Source: Bacteroidota bacterium (GTDB taxonomy: Bacteria; Bacteroidota; Bacteroidia; 2-12-FULL-35-15). From it: a stretch of 64,000 nucleotides of DNA. The position numbers and the translations under genes were made by a program. Under the pieces are notes generated by a model, which saw only the letters and a list, made by a program, of their open reading frames with translations, did no database searches and was not told the DNA's origin. This document shows, piece by piece, positions 11,223 to 21,193 of the stretch (positions are counted from its first letter, which is position 1; the number at the start of each line of letters is the position of its first letter). Location: contig JADJHE010000018.1 of assembly GCA_016707685.1 (NCBI GenBank), positions 5,447 to 69,446 on the forward strand, in the 5' to 3' direction.

Positions 11223-12304
11223 TATTTGAAATAAAAATTACCAGGTATAACCCCAACAGTAACACTATCAATTGTAACACCTGCTGATGTATATCGAACA
11301 ACTTTTCCATTACTTGAAAAATCAACAGCATCTGATCCGTAAAATTGATCATTAACAGGGTCGATACCCAATGCATAAAAACTTCTATTGATAGTTGCTG
11401 TTGCATTCAGACTAGTGGCTGCAATTGCATGCGCATATAATTTTCCAGAATAATTATAATAAAGGGTTGTTTTAGCAGCATTCACAACTAAATTAGTTGG
11501 CTGTGACGATGTTGAAGAAAATGGCAATGAAAGCTCAGTTGAATAGCTCGTTCCATTCAGTCGAACTAATTTTCCTGTTTGTTCCAATGCTGTCCAAGTT
11601 GCATTTTGTTTTCCTTTACACAATACCCATACATTATTATTTGCATCAACTTGAATATAAGAAGGATTTGCACCAACAAAAATGGTTGTATCTACAGCAT
11701 TTGTTAATGCATCAATAACTGTTACTACGCTATCATTGTCAAATCCACCTCCACAAGCAACAAATACTTTATTGCCAACTTTAACCATATTCTCTGCACC
11801 TTTACCTGTAGTGATTGTTGCTGTAATAGTTTTTGTTGTCAAATCCACAACCTTTACAGAGCCTACTAGTCCACCAGTTCCCCATTCCGTTACAAAGGCT
11901 TTCGAATTATCAATACCTAAAAAATAGCGAGGATAGGTAAAACCAGTTATTGTTCCTGACGTAGCCATTGATGTTCCATCAACAACTTCTATTTTTCCAG
12001 AATTATTAACTACGATGTACCCTTTATTATTATGTATGCTCATTGATTGAACAATATTTCCCAATGGAAACGTATTCCTCGCTTCAAAAATATCGTTGTA
12101 TACTGTTGCACCACTTCGGCTAATAAAACTTAATGTTCCTGTTCCAGAGCCAAAAGGGCCTTCATTTGTAACAAAAACACCGTTATCATACGTTGTAGAT
12201 GCCGCTGGTGTTGTTGGATCTGGTTCTGGATCATCTTTTTTACAACTCGTAAAAATAGTTCCAACTGCGAATGCTGTTAAAAGCAAAATTTTGTTTGTTT
12301 TCAT
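11222..12304 (-). CDS. surface lipoprotein, YncE/DUF5074-like beta-propeller (putative ligand-capture partner of the TonB receptor)
   Basis: Lipoprotein signal MKTNKILLLTAFAVGTIFTSC. The sequence has repetitive propeller-like blades (..V.V.D..T......I.....P). It lies immediately downstream of the TonB-dependent receptor. An alternative start exists at 12331. Confidence 0.65.
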   Translation of the reverse strand: MKTNKILLLTAFAVGTIFTSCKKDDPEPDPTTPAASTTYDNGVFVTNEGPFGSGTGTLSFISRSGATVYNDIFEARNTFPLGNIVQSMSIHNNKGYIVVNNSGKIEVVDGTSMATSGTITGFTYPRYFLGIDNSKAFVTEWGTGGLVGSVKVVDLTTKTITATITTGKGAENMVKVGNKVFVACGGGFDNDSVVTVIDALTNAVDTTIFVGANPSYIQVDANNNVWVLCKGKQNATWTALEQTGKLVRLNGTSYSTELSLPFSSTSSQPTNLVVNAAKTTLYYNYSGKLYAHAIAATSLNATATINRSFYALGIDPVNDQFYGSDAVDFSSNGKVVRYTSAGVTIDSVTVGVIPGNFYFK

Positions 12305-12314
12305 ATAATTATTT

Positions 12315-14231
12315 TTATTTATTTTTTTCATTAAAGTAAATTGCTAAACCCAACTGATAATTTAAAAGTGGCATAGCACGGTATTCTATTATTTCATATT
12401 GCTCATTAAAAACATTATTAAGTTGAGTATATACTTTTATTTTAGCTCCTGTAAAAACAAAATCATGCGAAACCCTTATATTTCCAAAAGAATAAGGTTT
12501 AATGTAATTTTTATTATCAGAGCTAGTGTAACGATAACCAACATAAATATGATTGTAAGAAACACTCGTTCCTTTAAACTGAATTAGAAAATTTCCTTGT
12601 GCATTTTGAATAGGAACATAAATCAGCTGCTTATAAAGTGTTACATCATTAGTCGACAAACTTTTCTGATTGGTTGATAAAACATAATTATACAAACCCG
12701 ACAATTGAACATCCCATTTTGACGTTCGGTAGTCAACTCTCAATTTATATTCTAATCCACGAGACCAAACCTCTTGTACATTTTGAGGAGACCAAATTCC
12801 AGAAACATCCGGTTGCCATATCACCCAGTTTTTTATTTCGCGATTAAATGCAGCAGCTTCTAATTCAACTTGTACATTTTTTAATGCTTGCTTATATGAA
12901 ATTGTAGCATCTTCACTCCAACCACTTTCGGGCAATAGATTCGGGTTGCCTCCTGGCACCCAATACAAATCATTGAATGTTGGTATCCGATAATGTTGTG
13001 CAACATTCAATTTTAAGAAGAAATGCTTTAAAACGTTTCCGTCAATTCCAAAGGAAGAAGTAAACGGAAGTGCTTTATTATTAATAAATTCTTGTCGAAT
13101 ATTCAGCAACGCATTCCATTTTAAATTGAGCGTATGCAAGCGATAACTTGCAAAAACAGAAGATCGATTTTGATTGTAACGATTATTATAACTTTCGGTA
13201 TAGGCTGTATTATTGGTATTATTAACACCAATGTTAATTATATCATATTTTGTTATACTAAATTTTGTCTCCAATTCTACAATTGCACTTTGCGAATGAC
13301 TTTTTGAAAAAAGTGCACTTAAGGAATCTTCATAATATAATTTTTCGTCAAAATATGCTGCTCTTACATTTACTGAATACTTGTTTTTATTAAGTTGCCA
13401 TTCAGAAGTAAATCGAGATGATTCATCTTTTTGAACTGCAACATTCATATTTTGAGTCATGGAAGGTGGCATTCCTCTATCGCTGTATTGATACCAAAAG
13501 CGGGTATTTAATAACTGAAATTGATTAATTTGAATGTAGTTTTCTTGCAACAATCCATATTGTTTCAACTCCGCATTACGTTGTCGCTGTATTGGCTTGC
13601 CGTATTGAGCTCTATTGGTAAATTCAAAATCATTCTTTGCATCATGATTAAATAATTTTAATGTTGAAACAATTCTTTTTTTACTTAATTCAAATGATAG
13701 CTGTTGTTGTTTATCAAGAAAGCTACCGAATGAATTATTGGAATAAATACTAACTCCTTTATTGAATGTATTGCTATTATTTAAATGAATGGCACCACCA
13801 ACAGCTCCACTACCCCATAAAGCACTTGCGCTGCCAAATTGCAACTGAACTGTATTCAAAAAATTGGCAGGTATCAACGACAAATCAATCATGCCGTGCA
13901 TCGAACTTTGAAGATTAAAACCATTCCACAAAACAGCTGTATGTGAAGAACCAGCACCTCTAAAAGATGAAGAAGCCAAACTACCTAAACCATATGATTT
14001 AATAAAAACCATGCTTTCACGAGAAAGCAGATCGGCAAGATTATTATTGGAATAGCGCTCCAGAGTAGCACTATCAATCACTTGAAATTTAGAAGCGGAA
14101 GAAAAATAAAGAGAACGTGTAGCTTTAATCTCTACAACATTTAATTGTTTTAAAGAATCGTTTTGCGCATAAGCATTTAACATGCATATGCATAAACTAA
14201 GTATTAACGTATGTCTAAAAAAGTTCATCAT
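12315..14231 (-). CDS. btuB: TonB-dependent outer-membrane receptor, cobalamin/corrinoid type (under a B12 riboswitch)
   Basis: Signal peptide, then a plug region (VVEIKATR...DSATLERYSNNNLADLLS..VFIKSYG), a long beta-barrel and a C-terminal aromatic region. Length 638 aa. A cobalamin riboswitch lies directly upstream. Confidence 0.8.
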   Translation of the reverse strand: MMNFFRHTLILSLCICMLNAYAQNDSLKQLNVVEIKATRSLYFSSASKFQVIDSATLERYSNNNLADLLSRESMVFIKSYGLGSLASSSFRGAGSSHTAVLWNGFNLQSSMHGMIDLSLIPANFLNTVQLQFGSASALWGSGAVGGAIHLNNSNTFNKGVSIYSNNSFGSFLDKQQQLSFELSKKRIVSTLKLFNHDAKNDFEFTNRAQYGKPIQRQRNAELKQYGLLQENYIQINQFQLLNTRFWYQYSDRGMPPSMTQNMNVAVQKDESSRFTSEWQLNKNKYSVNVRAAYFDEKLYYEDSLSALFSKSHSQSAIVELETKFSITKYDIINIGVNNTNNTAYTESYNNRYNQNRSSVFASYRLHTLNLKWNALLNIRQEFINNKALPFTSSFGIDGNVLKHFFLKLNVAQHYRIPTFNDLYWVPGGNPNLLPESGWSEDATISYKQALKNVQVELEAAAFNREIKNWVIWQPDVSGIWSPQNVQEVWSRGLEYKLRVDYRTSKWDVQLSGLYNYVLSTNQKSLSTNDVTLYKQLIYVPIQNAQGNFLIQFKGTSVSYNHIYVGYRYTSSDNKNYIKPYSFGNIRVSHDFVFTGAKIKVYTQLNNVFNEQYEIIEYRAMPLLNYQLGLAIYFNEKNK

Positions 14232-14344
14232 TACAAACGATTAATTCATCCAATTGGTTGAACAATCATTTATAACAGACGGTAAATTAGTAAGGATAGA
14301 AAAACAATAAACGATTCATCTATTCTTCGCCTTTTCTCCGAAAG

Positions 14345-14527
14345 CTACAAATGTTTTGCAAATGGCAGGTCTTCTGACTCGTTCTGATTTTAACGCCTTC
14401 CCATCCGCAGAGGCAAACAGTGGCTAAATGTTAAAATCGTTTTAGAACTTACAGCATCGGGAAATGTTCAGGATTTACACCTGATTCCCTTTTAACCCTT
14501 TCAAACATGAAAGGGACCAAACGCGGA
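14345..14527 (-). promoter_or_regulatory. cobalamin (B12) riboswitch
   Basis: The minus-strand read is ..GGTCCCTTTCATGTTTGAAAGGGTTAAAAGGGAATCAGGTGTAAATCCTGAAC..CCCGATGCTGTAAG..GCCACTG..GGGAAGGCG..GAGTCAGAAGACCTGCCA. This contains the conserved AAGGGAA/GGTG.AA.TCC core, GCCACTG...GGGAAGGC, and the B12 box AGTCAG.AGACCTGCC. It sits in the 5' leader of the TonB receptor gene. Confidence 0.9.
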
Positions 14528-14528
14528 G

Positions 14529-14557
14529 CAAATGTATAAAAATATTTTAAATACAAG
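14529..14557 (-). promoter_or_regulatory. putative Bacteroidota-type promoter (-33 TTG / -7 TAcaTTTG) for the riboswitch operon
   Basis: The minus strand reads cTTGtatttaaaatatttttaTACATTTGctccgcg. The -7 box matches the TAnnTTTG consensus and lies just upstream of the first riboswitch helix. Confidence 0.45.
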
Positions 14558-14583
14558 CAATAGAAATTACCTTTGCTTCAATT

Positions 14584-15117
14584 ATGGAGAATTCAACAAC
14601 TACTAATTTTATATACATTGCCTATAATAAACCTGTTGGGATTATTTGCACTACAGAAAAAATTGAAGGGAACATTATTGATGCCATTAACTATCCTGAA
14701 AAAATTTTACCAATAGGACGATTGGATAAAGACTCTGAAGGTTTGATTTTATTGACGAATGATGGAAGCATAATTAACAAAATTATCCATCCCGATTTTG
14801 AACACGAAAAAGAATACATCGTAACCTTAAACTTGCCATTGCGAAATCAATTTTTAAAAGACATGGCTATGGGAGTAAATATTGGCGATGCAATTACAAA
14901 ACCTTGTATTGTAAAGGCGGAAAAAGGAACAAAAAGAGTGTTTCGAATTACATTAAAGCAAGGCCTGAATAGACAAATCCGTAGGATGTGCAATGTATTT
15001 GGTTATCAAGTATTGAAACTTCAACGTATACGCATTATGCATGTATCATTAGGGAAATTAAAAACGGGTGAATGGAGAGTATTGACAGAAGATGAAATTT
15101 CAAAATTTTATAATTAA
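14584..15117 (+). CDS. pseudouridine synthase, RsuA/RluF family (catalytic domain only, no S4 domain)
   Basis: Catalytic motif PIGRLDKDSEGLILLTNDG, plus LNRQIRRM. Length 177 aa. Confidence 0.8.
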   Translation: MENSTTTNFIYIAYNKPVGIICTTEKIEGNIIDAINYPEKILPIGRLDKDSEGLILLTNDGSIINKIIHPDFEHEKEYIVTLNLPLRNQFLKDMAMGVNIGDAITKPCIVKAEKGTKRVFRITLKQGLNRQIRRMCNVFGYQVLKLQRIRIMHVSLGKLKTGEWRVLTEDEISKFYN

Positions 15118-15144
15118 AAAAGGGAAGCTTCGCTTCCCTTTTTT
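15118..15144. terminator. bidirectional intrinsic terminator
   Basis: The sequence is aaaaGGGAAGCttcGCTTCCCtttttt, lying between convergent genes. Confidence 0.75.
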
Positions 15145-15163
15145 AATTATGTAAAAAGATTAA

Positions 15164-17366
15164 TTATTTAATAATCAATTTTGCATTTGCATTAAAACTA
15201 GGTGAAATTATTCTAGCAAAATAAATTCCAGAAGAAAGTCCATCTAAATTAATTGCTAATTTATTTTTATTTGAATTTTCTGAATAAACAACCTTTCCTG
15301 TTATATCCACTATTTCTAATGAATAAAGCTGATTGTTGTTGTTTAATACAAAATTAAATTCTCCATTACTTGGATTTGGATATACTGAATTAATAATACC
15401 CTTTACAACATCAACGGATGTTGGAGTACATGCCTCAACAACAATTGAATTAGTAACACTCGCTTGACAAGTATTTACAGCTGTATAAGTATAGGTAAAC
15501 TGCATAAGTACCAACACCTGTAGATGGATTGAATTCATCTGAGACATTTACATTTGAACCAGTATAATCACCACCTGCAGGTAATCCTCCAGTTAAAACA
15601 AAAGATGCATCTGTATCACAAACAGTATCATTTGTACCTAAACTTAATGTAACAACTGGCGATTGGTTAATTGTTACAGTCAAATCACTTGTTGTTACCG
15701 CACAACCACCTGTACCAGTGGGTGTAAGCGTTAATACCACTGACCCACTTGTTACATCCGCAGAAGAAGGAATGTAGGTAGCATTTAATAGATTCGGATT
15801 ATTGAATCCACCAGTTGTGCTACTTGTTGACCAAACACCACCTGTTGCACCTGTAACAGAACCATTCAATACTACCAATGAATCGGCAGAACAAACTGAT
15901 TGATTTAAACCAGCAACAGCACTAGCTGCTGCAGTAGTTGTTACATTTAGATTAAATGTTTTATCAGGGCAACCATCTGTATATGACTTAACCACTGTAA
16001 CTGTAGTAGCACCCGTAATATTATCGATTGTTACTGTTGGATTAGTAGTTGATCCATTAATCGTTCCTAATGAAGTTGACCAAGATAAGTTTGAAGCGAA
16101 TTCTTGGTTAATGCTAAACTGAACACCATTCGAATTTACACAAACCGAAGTTGGTCCAACAACAGGTGTTGTTTCATTACAAAAATGGAATTTAACATCA
16201 TCTATTTTTAGTTCAGAACCATCAACAGATGTTTGCCAACGACCCGATTCAAAAGAAATAAATGCACTGTCAGGAACTTGAAATGAGTTTAACATCATTG
16301 AACGGAATGTCCAATTTGAGCTTGGTAATAAGTAACTCCAGCTACCTCCAACTTGCCCCACACCCACCTTTGTAAGTGTCACGCCAGCTGAAGCTGTATC
16401 AACTCCAGGAGTAGTATATTTGTAATAAAATCCGAATGAATTTGGAGTAGAATTCAATTGCATTCCCGGTACTTGTGAGCAAGGACCATTATTAGTAGGA
16501 CAATTATAATATCCTAAGGTAGCTTGTCCGATATTTGCATTTGGACTATTTCCAATCGTTCTTAATGACAATGAATACATACCATTAAATGCATCAATTG
16601 ATTTTGCAAACGTATATCCAGGATTACCTTTCAAATCTACTCTCCATGGTGAAGGAACATCTATAGCTGGTATAGATTGCCAAACATCGAATGTGCCATT
16701 AGGAAAAACATCGGTAGTACCTGTCCAATTAATATTATCTACCTCTATAAAATCTCCCGGAGTACCAAGCTCATTCAACATATCTGCTGCTGCAATAATT
16801 ACAGTGCAAGAATCGGGATTAATAGTTAAGGCAGGTGAAAAAGTATAGGTTGTAGCGGTAAATGAACTTTGCAATCCAGATAATTGATATAAATACGCTC
16901 CAGGAAATATTCCGTTCCCAGCACCAGCAGGATTGCCATTGTTTGTTGGAATAAATGCAATGAAACCAGGAGTTGTTGCTGTTAAATCGTATTTCAAATC
17001 TAAAGTAGCTCCAGTTAAAGGCTGATTTCCAGGCAATGGAATACCTTGATTAAAACTTCCACCATTCACATTTCCCCATGCAGCAATGCCAGCCAATGTA
17101 TCTCCATTTGGTTTCAATTTAGTTTCTACACGCATACCAAAACCTGAAACACCTGGCACTTTTGTAACAGTGAGCATCCCAAATTCATAAAACCCTTCGG
17201 GATTAGTACTCATAAACAATGGTGCAGGTGTTACAACGGGATGTTCGAATGTTGGTAATAGATTCCATGTTTCAAAACTGTTATTCGGAATGGTTTGAGC
17301 ATTAGCATCATTAATAATGCTAGCTATCGAAAACACCGATAATAATAGAAGTAATTGTTTTTTCAT
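15164..17366 (-). CDS. large T9SS-secreted surface protein (two N-terminal jelly-roll-like modules, Cys-framed Ig-like modules and a T9SS CTD); one frameshift as sequenced
   Basis: Signal peptide MKKQLLLLLSVFSIASIINDANAQ. Two modules open with NNSFETW and NGTFDVW. Repeated C...C Ig-like segments are present. The CTD is VYPNPSNGEFNF...GIYFARI. ORFs 15450..17366 and 15164..15547 rejoin at run 15497-15499 (..GTYAVTYTYTAVNTC..). Confidence 0.75.
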
Positions 17367-17443
17367 GATTTCTTGTTTTATTGTTTAGAGTAAAGGTAAA
17401 ACAAGAAGAATTGATTGGAAATGATATTGAACAGTTTTAGGAC

Positions 17444-17478
17444 AAAAAATCCCCTTCCAAAAAGGAAGGGGATTTTTT
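17444..17478 (-). terminator. intrinsic terminator downstream of the porin gene
   Basis: The sequence is aaaaaATCCCCTTCCaaaaaGGAAGGGGATttttt, a perfect 10-bp stem with a U-run on the minus strand. Confidence 0.8.
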
Positions 17479-17499
17479 ATTTTATGTGTTATCTACTTA

Positions 17500-18411
17500 C
17501 TAGAAGTGGAAAGTTACACGTAATGAAGCTGAACCAGTGTTAGATCCTTGGATACCAAAGATTGTATTTTGGTTGATATCAGTATCAAAACCAAATTTAG
17601 AAGAACCAGCTGTTTCAGTTTCTACTTCCAACTGCTGAGTAGTACCACCGATAGACTCAACTGTTTGTTTTCCTTTACCTGTCATTTGGTAACCAATACC
17701 CCAACCGTACTCAGCGCCTACAGCGATTTTAGGGAAGATAAAGTATTCAGCACCAATGAAACCACGAACTCCGATTCCGAAAGTCATACCTGATTTAGTT
17801 TTAGTAACACGTGCAGCATTACCATAAGAATCAGTTGTGATGTTTGCACCAAAGTTAGTAGAGTTACCAACAGTAACAACTGGAGCTGTTGTAGCTAAAG
17901 CATTTCCATAAGTGTATTTAGTTCCTGTAGAAGAGATCCAAATCATCGCATCAGCACCATAGTAACCTTGCAAACGAGTTTTACCTCTACGGAATTCTTT
18001 ACCAACACCGATACCAATTTTAGTGTTTTTTGAAGCAAATTTGTCTTCAACCATTGTTGGAGCAGCAGGATAAACTGGAGCAGTTGTAACTGTTGCATCA
18101 CCAATCATAGCTTTAGTAGTTTGGTTAGTGAAACCTAAACGTACCAATACACGGTAAGCTGATTTTTCATCGATAAACTTTTTACCAACGATAGTTTGGT
18201 TACCATTTAAAAAACCTGCACCTGGAGCAGCGTTGAATGCTGAACCGTTAAAAGCATTACCTACAAATTGGAAAATAGGATCTGCATTCATGCTGATAGC
18301 CCAATCTTCTGCTTCTGGTAAAATAGGTTCACCTTTTTTAGATGTTAAATCTTGCGCGAAAGCACTTGATACGCCAAATGCTAAAGCAATCATAAAAACT
18401 GATTTTTTCAT
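17500..18411 (-). CDS. abundant-type outer-membrane porin-like beta-barrel protein
   Basis: Signal peptide MKKSVFMIALAFGVSSAFAQ and a terminal ...LRVTFHF. The sequence is Gly/Thr/Ala-rich with alternating strands. It is visibly less AT-rich than its neighbours, consistent with high expression, and has its own strong terminator. Confidence 0.7.
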   Translation of the reverse strand: MKKSVFMIALAFGVSSAFAQDLTSKKGEPILPEAEDWAISMNADPIFQFVGNAFNGSAFNAAPGAGFLNGNQTIVGKKFIDEKSAYRVLVRLGFTNQTTKAMIGDATVTTAPVYPAAPTMVEDKFASKNTKIGIGVGKEFRRGKTRLQGYYGADAMIWISSTGTKYTYGNALATTAPVVTVGNSTNFGANITTDSYGNAARVTKTKSGMTFGIGVRGFIGAEYFIFPKIAVGAEYGWGIGYQMTGKGKQTVESIGGTTQQLEVETETAGSSKFGFDTDINQNTIFGIQGSNTGSASLRVTFHF

Positions 18412-18532
18412 AGTTTTTGTTGTTTAGTATAAATTATTTAGTTTAATAATTAACGGGACAAAGGTACGAACATTTTTATTAATTGCAAGTTATTAACAAT
18501 TTATTTGTTATTAACGTACAATTGTTAATAAC

Positions 18533-19186
18533 CTACCCCTTCCCCCACTCTTTATCTTCCAATAAGGGCACGAATTTGAACGCTCCAAACTCTTCTTTTT
18601 CGAACTTATTAACAGCGGTCTTCCTAAGTAAAGTCATTGTTTGAACAGCATCTCCAATCGGAATCACCATCACTCCACCAACATTTAATTGTTCCAATAA
18701 TGCTTTAGGGATTTCTGGCGCTCCTGCCGTAATTAATATTTTATCGAATGGAGCAAATGCTGGCAATCCTTTATATCCATCACCATAGAAAAACTTGGCT
18801 TCGTAGCCAATACTAGGTAAAAAAAGCTTCGTTTTATCAAAAAGTGCCTTTTGGCGTTCAATCGTATACACTTTAACTCCCATTTCGAGCAACACAGCTG
18901 TTTGATACCCAGAACCAGTACCAATCTCCAACACTTTATCCCCTTTTTTTAGCTGTAATAATTCGGTTTGAAATGCAACTGTATGTGGACGAGAAATCGT
19001 TTGCCCTTCTCCAATAGGAAATGCAATATCCTCATATGCTCTTTCAATAAAGGCATTATCCAAAAAAAGATGACGAGGCACCGTTTCAATTGCTTTTAGT
19101 ACCTCTAAATTCGTGATTCCTTTGTCTTTTAATTGGAGTGCTAGTTGTCTGCGCAGGCCTTTATGACGGTATGTATCGTTTTGCAT
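18533..19186 (-). CDS. pcm: protein-L-isoaspartate O-methyltransferase
   Basis: Motifs RHLFLD...AYEDIAFPIGEGQTISRPHTVA and VLEIGTGSGYQTAVL. Length 217 aa. Confidence 0.9.
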   Translation of the reverse strand: MQNDTYRHKGLRRQLALQLKDKGITNLEVLKAIETVPRHLFLDNAFIERAYEDIAFPIGEGQTISRPHTVAFQTELLQLKKGDKVLEIGTGSGYQTAVLLEMGVKVYTIERQKALFDKTKLFLPSIGYEAKFFYGDGYKGLPAFAPFDKILITAGAPEIPKALLEQLNVGGVMVIPIGDAVQTMTLLRKTAVNKFEKEEFGAFKFVPLLEDKEWGKG

Positions 19187-19293
19187 AGTCTTATTTCGAT
19201 TACAAAATTAACATTTACCTCTTCATAATTAAGAGTTATTTTTCAAAAACACTGTGTGGAAAAAAGTATTTTTGTTGAAACATACATATATAT

Positions 19294-20283
19294 ATGATAA
19301 AAATAGGAGTTCTTGGAGCAGGCCACTTGGGCAAAATACACATTCGTTTATTAAAAGAAATTGATAAATTTCAATTAGTTGGTTTTTACGATGCGAATCC
19401 TGAATCGGCAAAACTTGTAGAAGAAGAGTTTGGAATAAAAAGCTTTGCAACGATTGACGAACTGCTGAATGAGGTTGATGCCGTTGATATTGTAACTCCT
19501 ACCGTTACCCACTATGAATGTGCATCTAAGGCCATCAAAAAGTCGAAGCATCTTTTTGTTGAAAAGCCTGTAACCAACACCATAGAAGAAGCAAAGAGTT
19601 TAATGGGCTTGGCTAAAGAAGCCAATGTGAAAGTACAAGTAGGACATGTAGAACGTTTTAATCCTGCATTTATAGCTGGTCAGTCATTTTGCTCAAACCC
19701 CATGTTTATTGAAACACATCGATTAGCACAATTTAATCCTCGTGGAACAGATGTATCGGTAGTTCTGGATTTAATGATTCACGACATTGACATAATATTA
19801 AGCGTTGTTAAATCGAATATCAAACGAATAAGTGCAAGCGGTGTAGCGGTTGTAAGTGAAAGTCCAGATATTAGTAATGCCCGAATAGAATTCGATAATG
19901 GCTGCGTTGCTAACCTCACAGCAAGTCGAATTTCCCTTAAAAACATGCGCAAATCACGATTTTTTCAAAAGGATGCCTATATTTCTATTGATTTCTTGGA
20001 TAAAAAAGTAGATGTAATACGATTAAAGAATGTAGAAGGCGAAACAGATCCATTGGCAGTAACGATAGATTTGGGCAAAGACAAGGGTTCTAAACAAATT
20101 TATTTTGAAAATCCAACAATTTTACCAACCAACGCAATAAAAATGGAACTGGAAGCGTTTGCTGATTCAATAATCAGCAATACTACTCCATTAGTGAGTA
20201 TTGATGATGGCTACAAAGCTTTAGATGTTGCTTACAAAATTATTGATAAAATGAAAGTAACGTCTACCTTTGTAAACGAATGA
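19294..20283 (+). CDS. Gfo/Idh/MocA family NAD(P)-dependent oxidoreductase
   Basis: N-terminus is MIKIGVLGAGHLGKIH, followed by the EKP motif (LFVEKPVT). Length 329 aa. Confidence 0.8.
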   Translation: MIKIGVLGAGHLGKIHIRLLKEIDKFQLVGFYDANPESAKLVEEEFGIKSFATIDELLNEVDAVDIVTPTVTHYECASKAIKKSKHLFVEKPVTNTIEEAKSLMGLAKEANVKVQVGHVERFNPAFIAGQSFCSNPMFIETHRLAQFNPRGTDVSVVLDLMIHDIDIILSVVKSNIKRISASGVAVVSESPDISNARIEFDNGCVANLTASRISLKNMRKSRFFQKDAYISIDFLDKKVDVIRLKNVEGETDPLAVTIDLGKDKGSKQIYFENPTILPTNAIKMELEAFADSIISNTTPLVSIDDGYKALDVAYKIIDKMKVTSTFVNE

Positions 20284-20296
20284 TAAAAACTGATTG

Positions 20297-21193
20297 ATGA
20301 ACCATTTTTATAAACTTTTTTTTGTTCTTAGTACTTCTGTATTAATGAACTCCTGTAATATCATTAATCCTGCAGAACCTATTCCTGCCTATATTTATAT
20401 AGACAAAATTGAATTGATGGCAATTGCAGGAGAGGGAACTAGTTCCAGTAAAATTGCAGATGCATGGGTGTATATTGACGAGCAATTAATTGGCTGCTTT
20501 GAACTACCTGTAACATTTCCGGTACTTCAAGAAGGTGTTCATACCTTAAAAATACGCCCAGGAATTAAAGTGAATGGAATTTCAGCTACACGATCACCTT
20601 ATCCATTTTACGACTTCTATGTGCAATCCATAACATTGTCGAAAGGAGTAAAACAAAACATTACTCCTGTTGTAAAATACCTTACAAGTGCAAACTTTGC
20701 TGGCATGGAAGATTTTGAAGCTAGCACAGGAACGATATTATACGACAGCCCTTCTGGCACCGACACCAGCTTATATGTTACCACCAATCCCAACGAAGTT
20801 TTCGAAGGTGTAAAGTCTGGAATTGCCTACACGGATGCAACACGAACACTTTTTGAATGTGTTTCCGACCCCAATATGTTATATACACTTCCTAAAAATG
20901 GCTCACCTGTTTTTTTGGAATTTAACTATAAAGCAAATTCTAACTTTGCTGTTGGCTTATTTTGCCACACTGTAATAGGAAGCACAACAACAAATACAGT
21001 TAAAATTAAGACACTTGATTTTAATGCAAGTACATCTTGGAATAAAGCGTATGTCTATTTAACACCAACAATTGGAGCGTCAGGAAACGCCAATCAATTT
21101 AAATATTTTATTGGCATGTTAAACTCATCGAGTTCTGGAGCTATAAAAACATTTATCGTAAATCACGATTACGTGAAGTTGGTCAAACATTAA
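20297..21193 (+). CDS. hypothetical lipoprotein
   Basis: Lipobox ..VLMNSC. There are no recognisable motifs. The ATG at 20297 is preferred over the TTG at 20294. The stop overlaps the next gene's start (TAATG). Confidence 0.55.
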   Translation: MNHFYKLFFVLSTSVLMNSCNIINPAEPIPAYIYIDKIELMAIAGEGTSSSKIADAWVYIDEQLIGCFELPVTFPVLQEGVHTLKIRPGIKVNGISATRSPYPFYDFYVQSITLSKGVKQNITPVVKYLTSANFAGMEDFEASTGTILYDSPSGTDTSLYVTTNPNEVFEGVKSGIAYTDATRTLFECVSDPNMLYTLPKNGSPVFLEFNYKANSNFAVGLFCHTVIGSTTTNTVKIKTLDFNASTSWNKAYVYLTPTIGASGNANQFKYFIGMLNSSSSGAIKTFIVNHDYVKLVKH

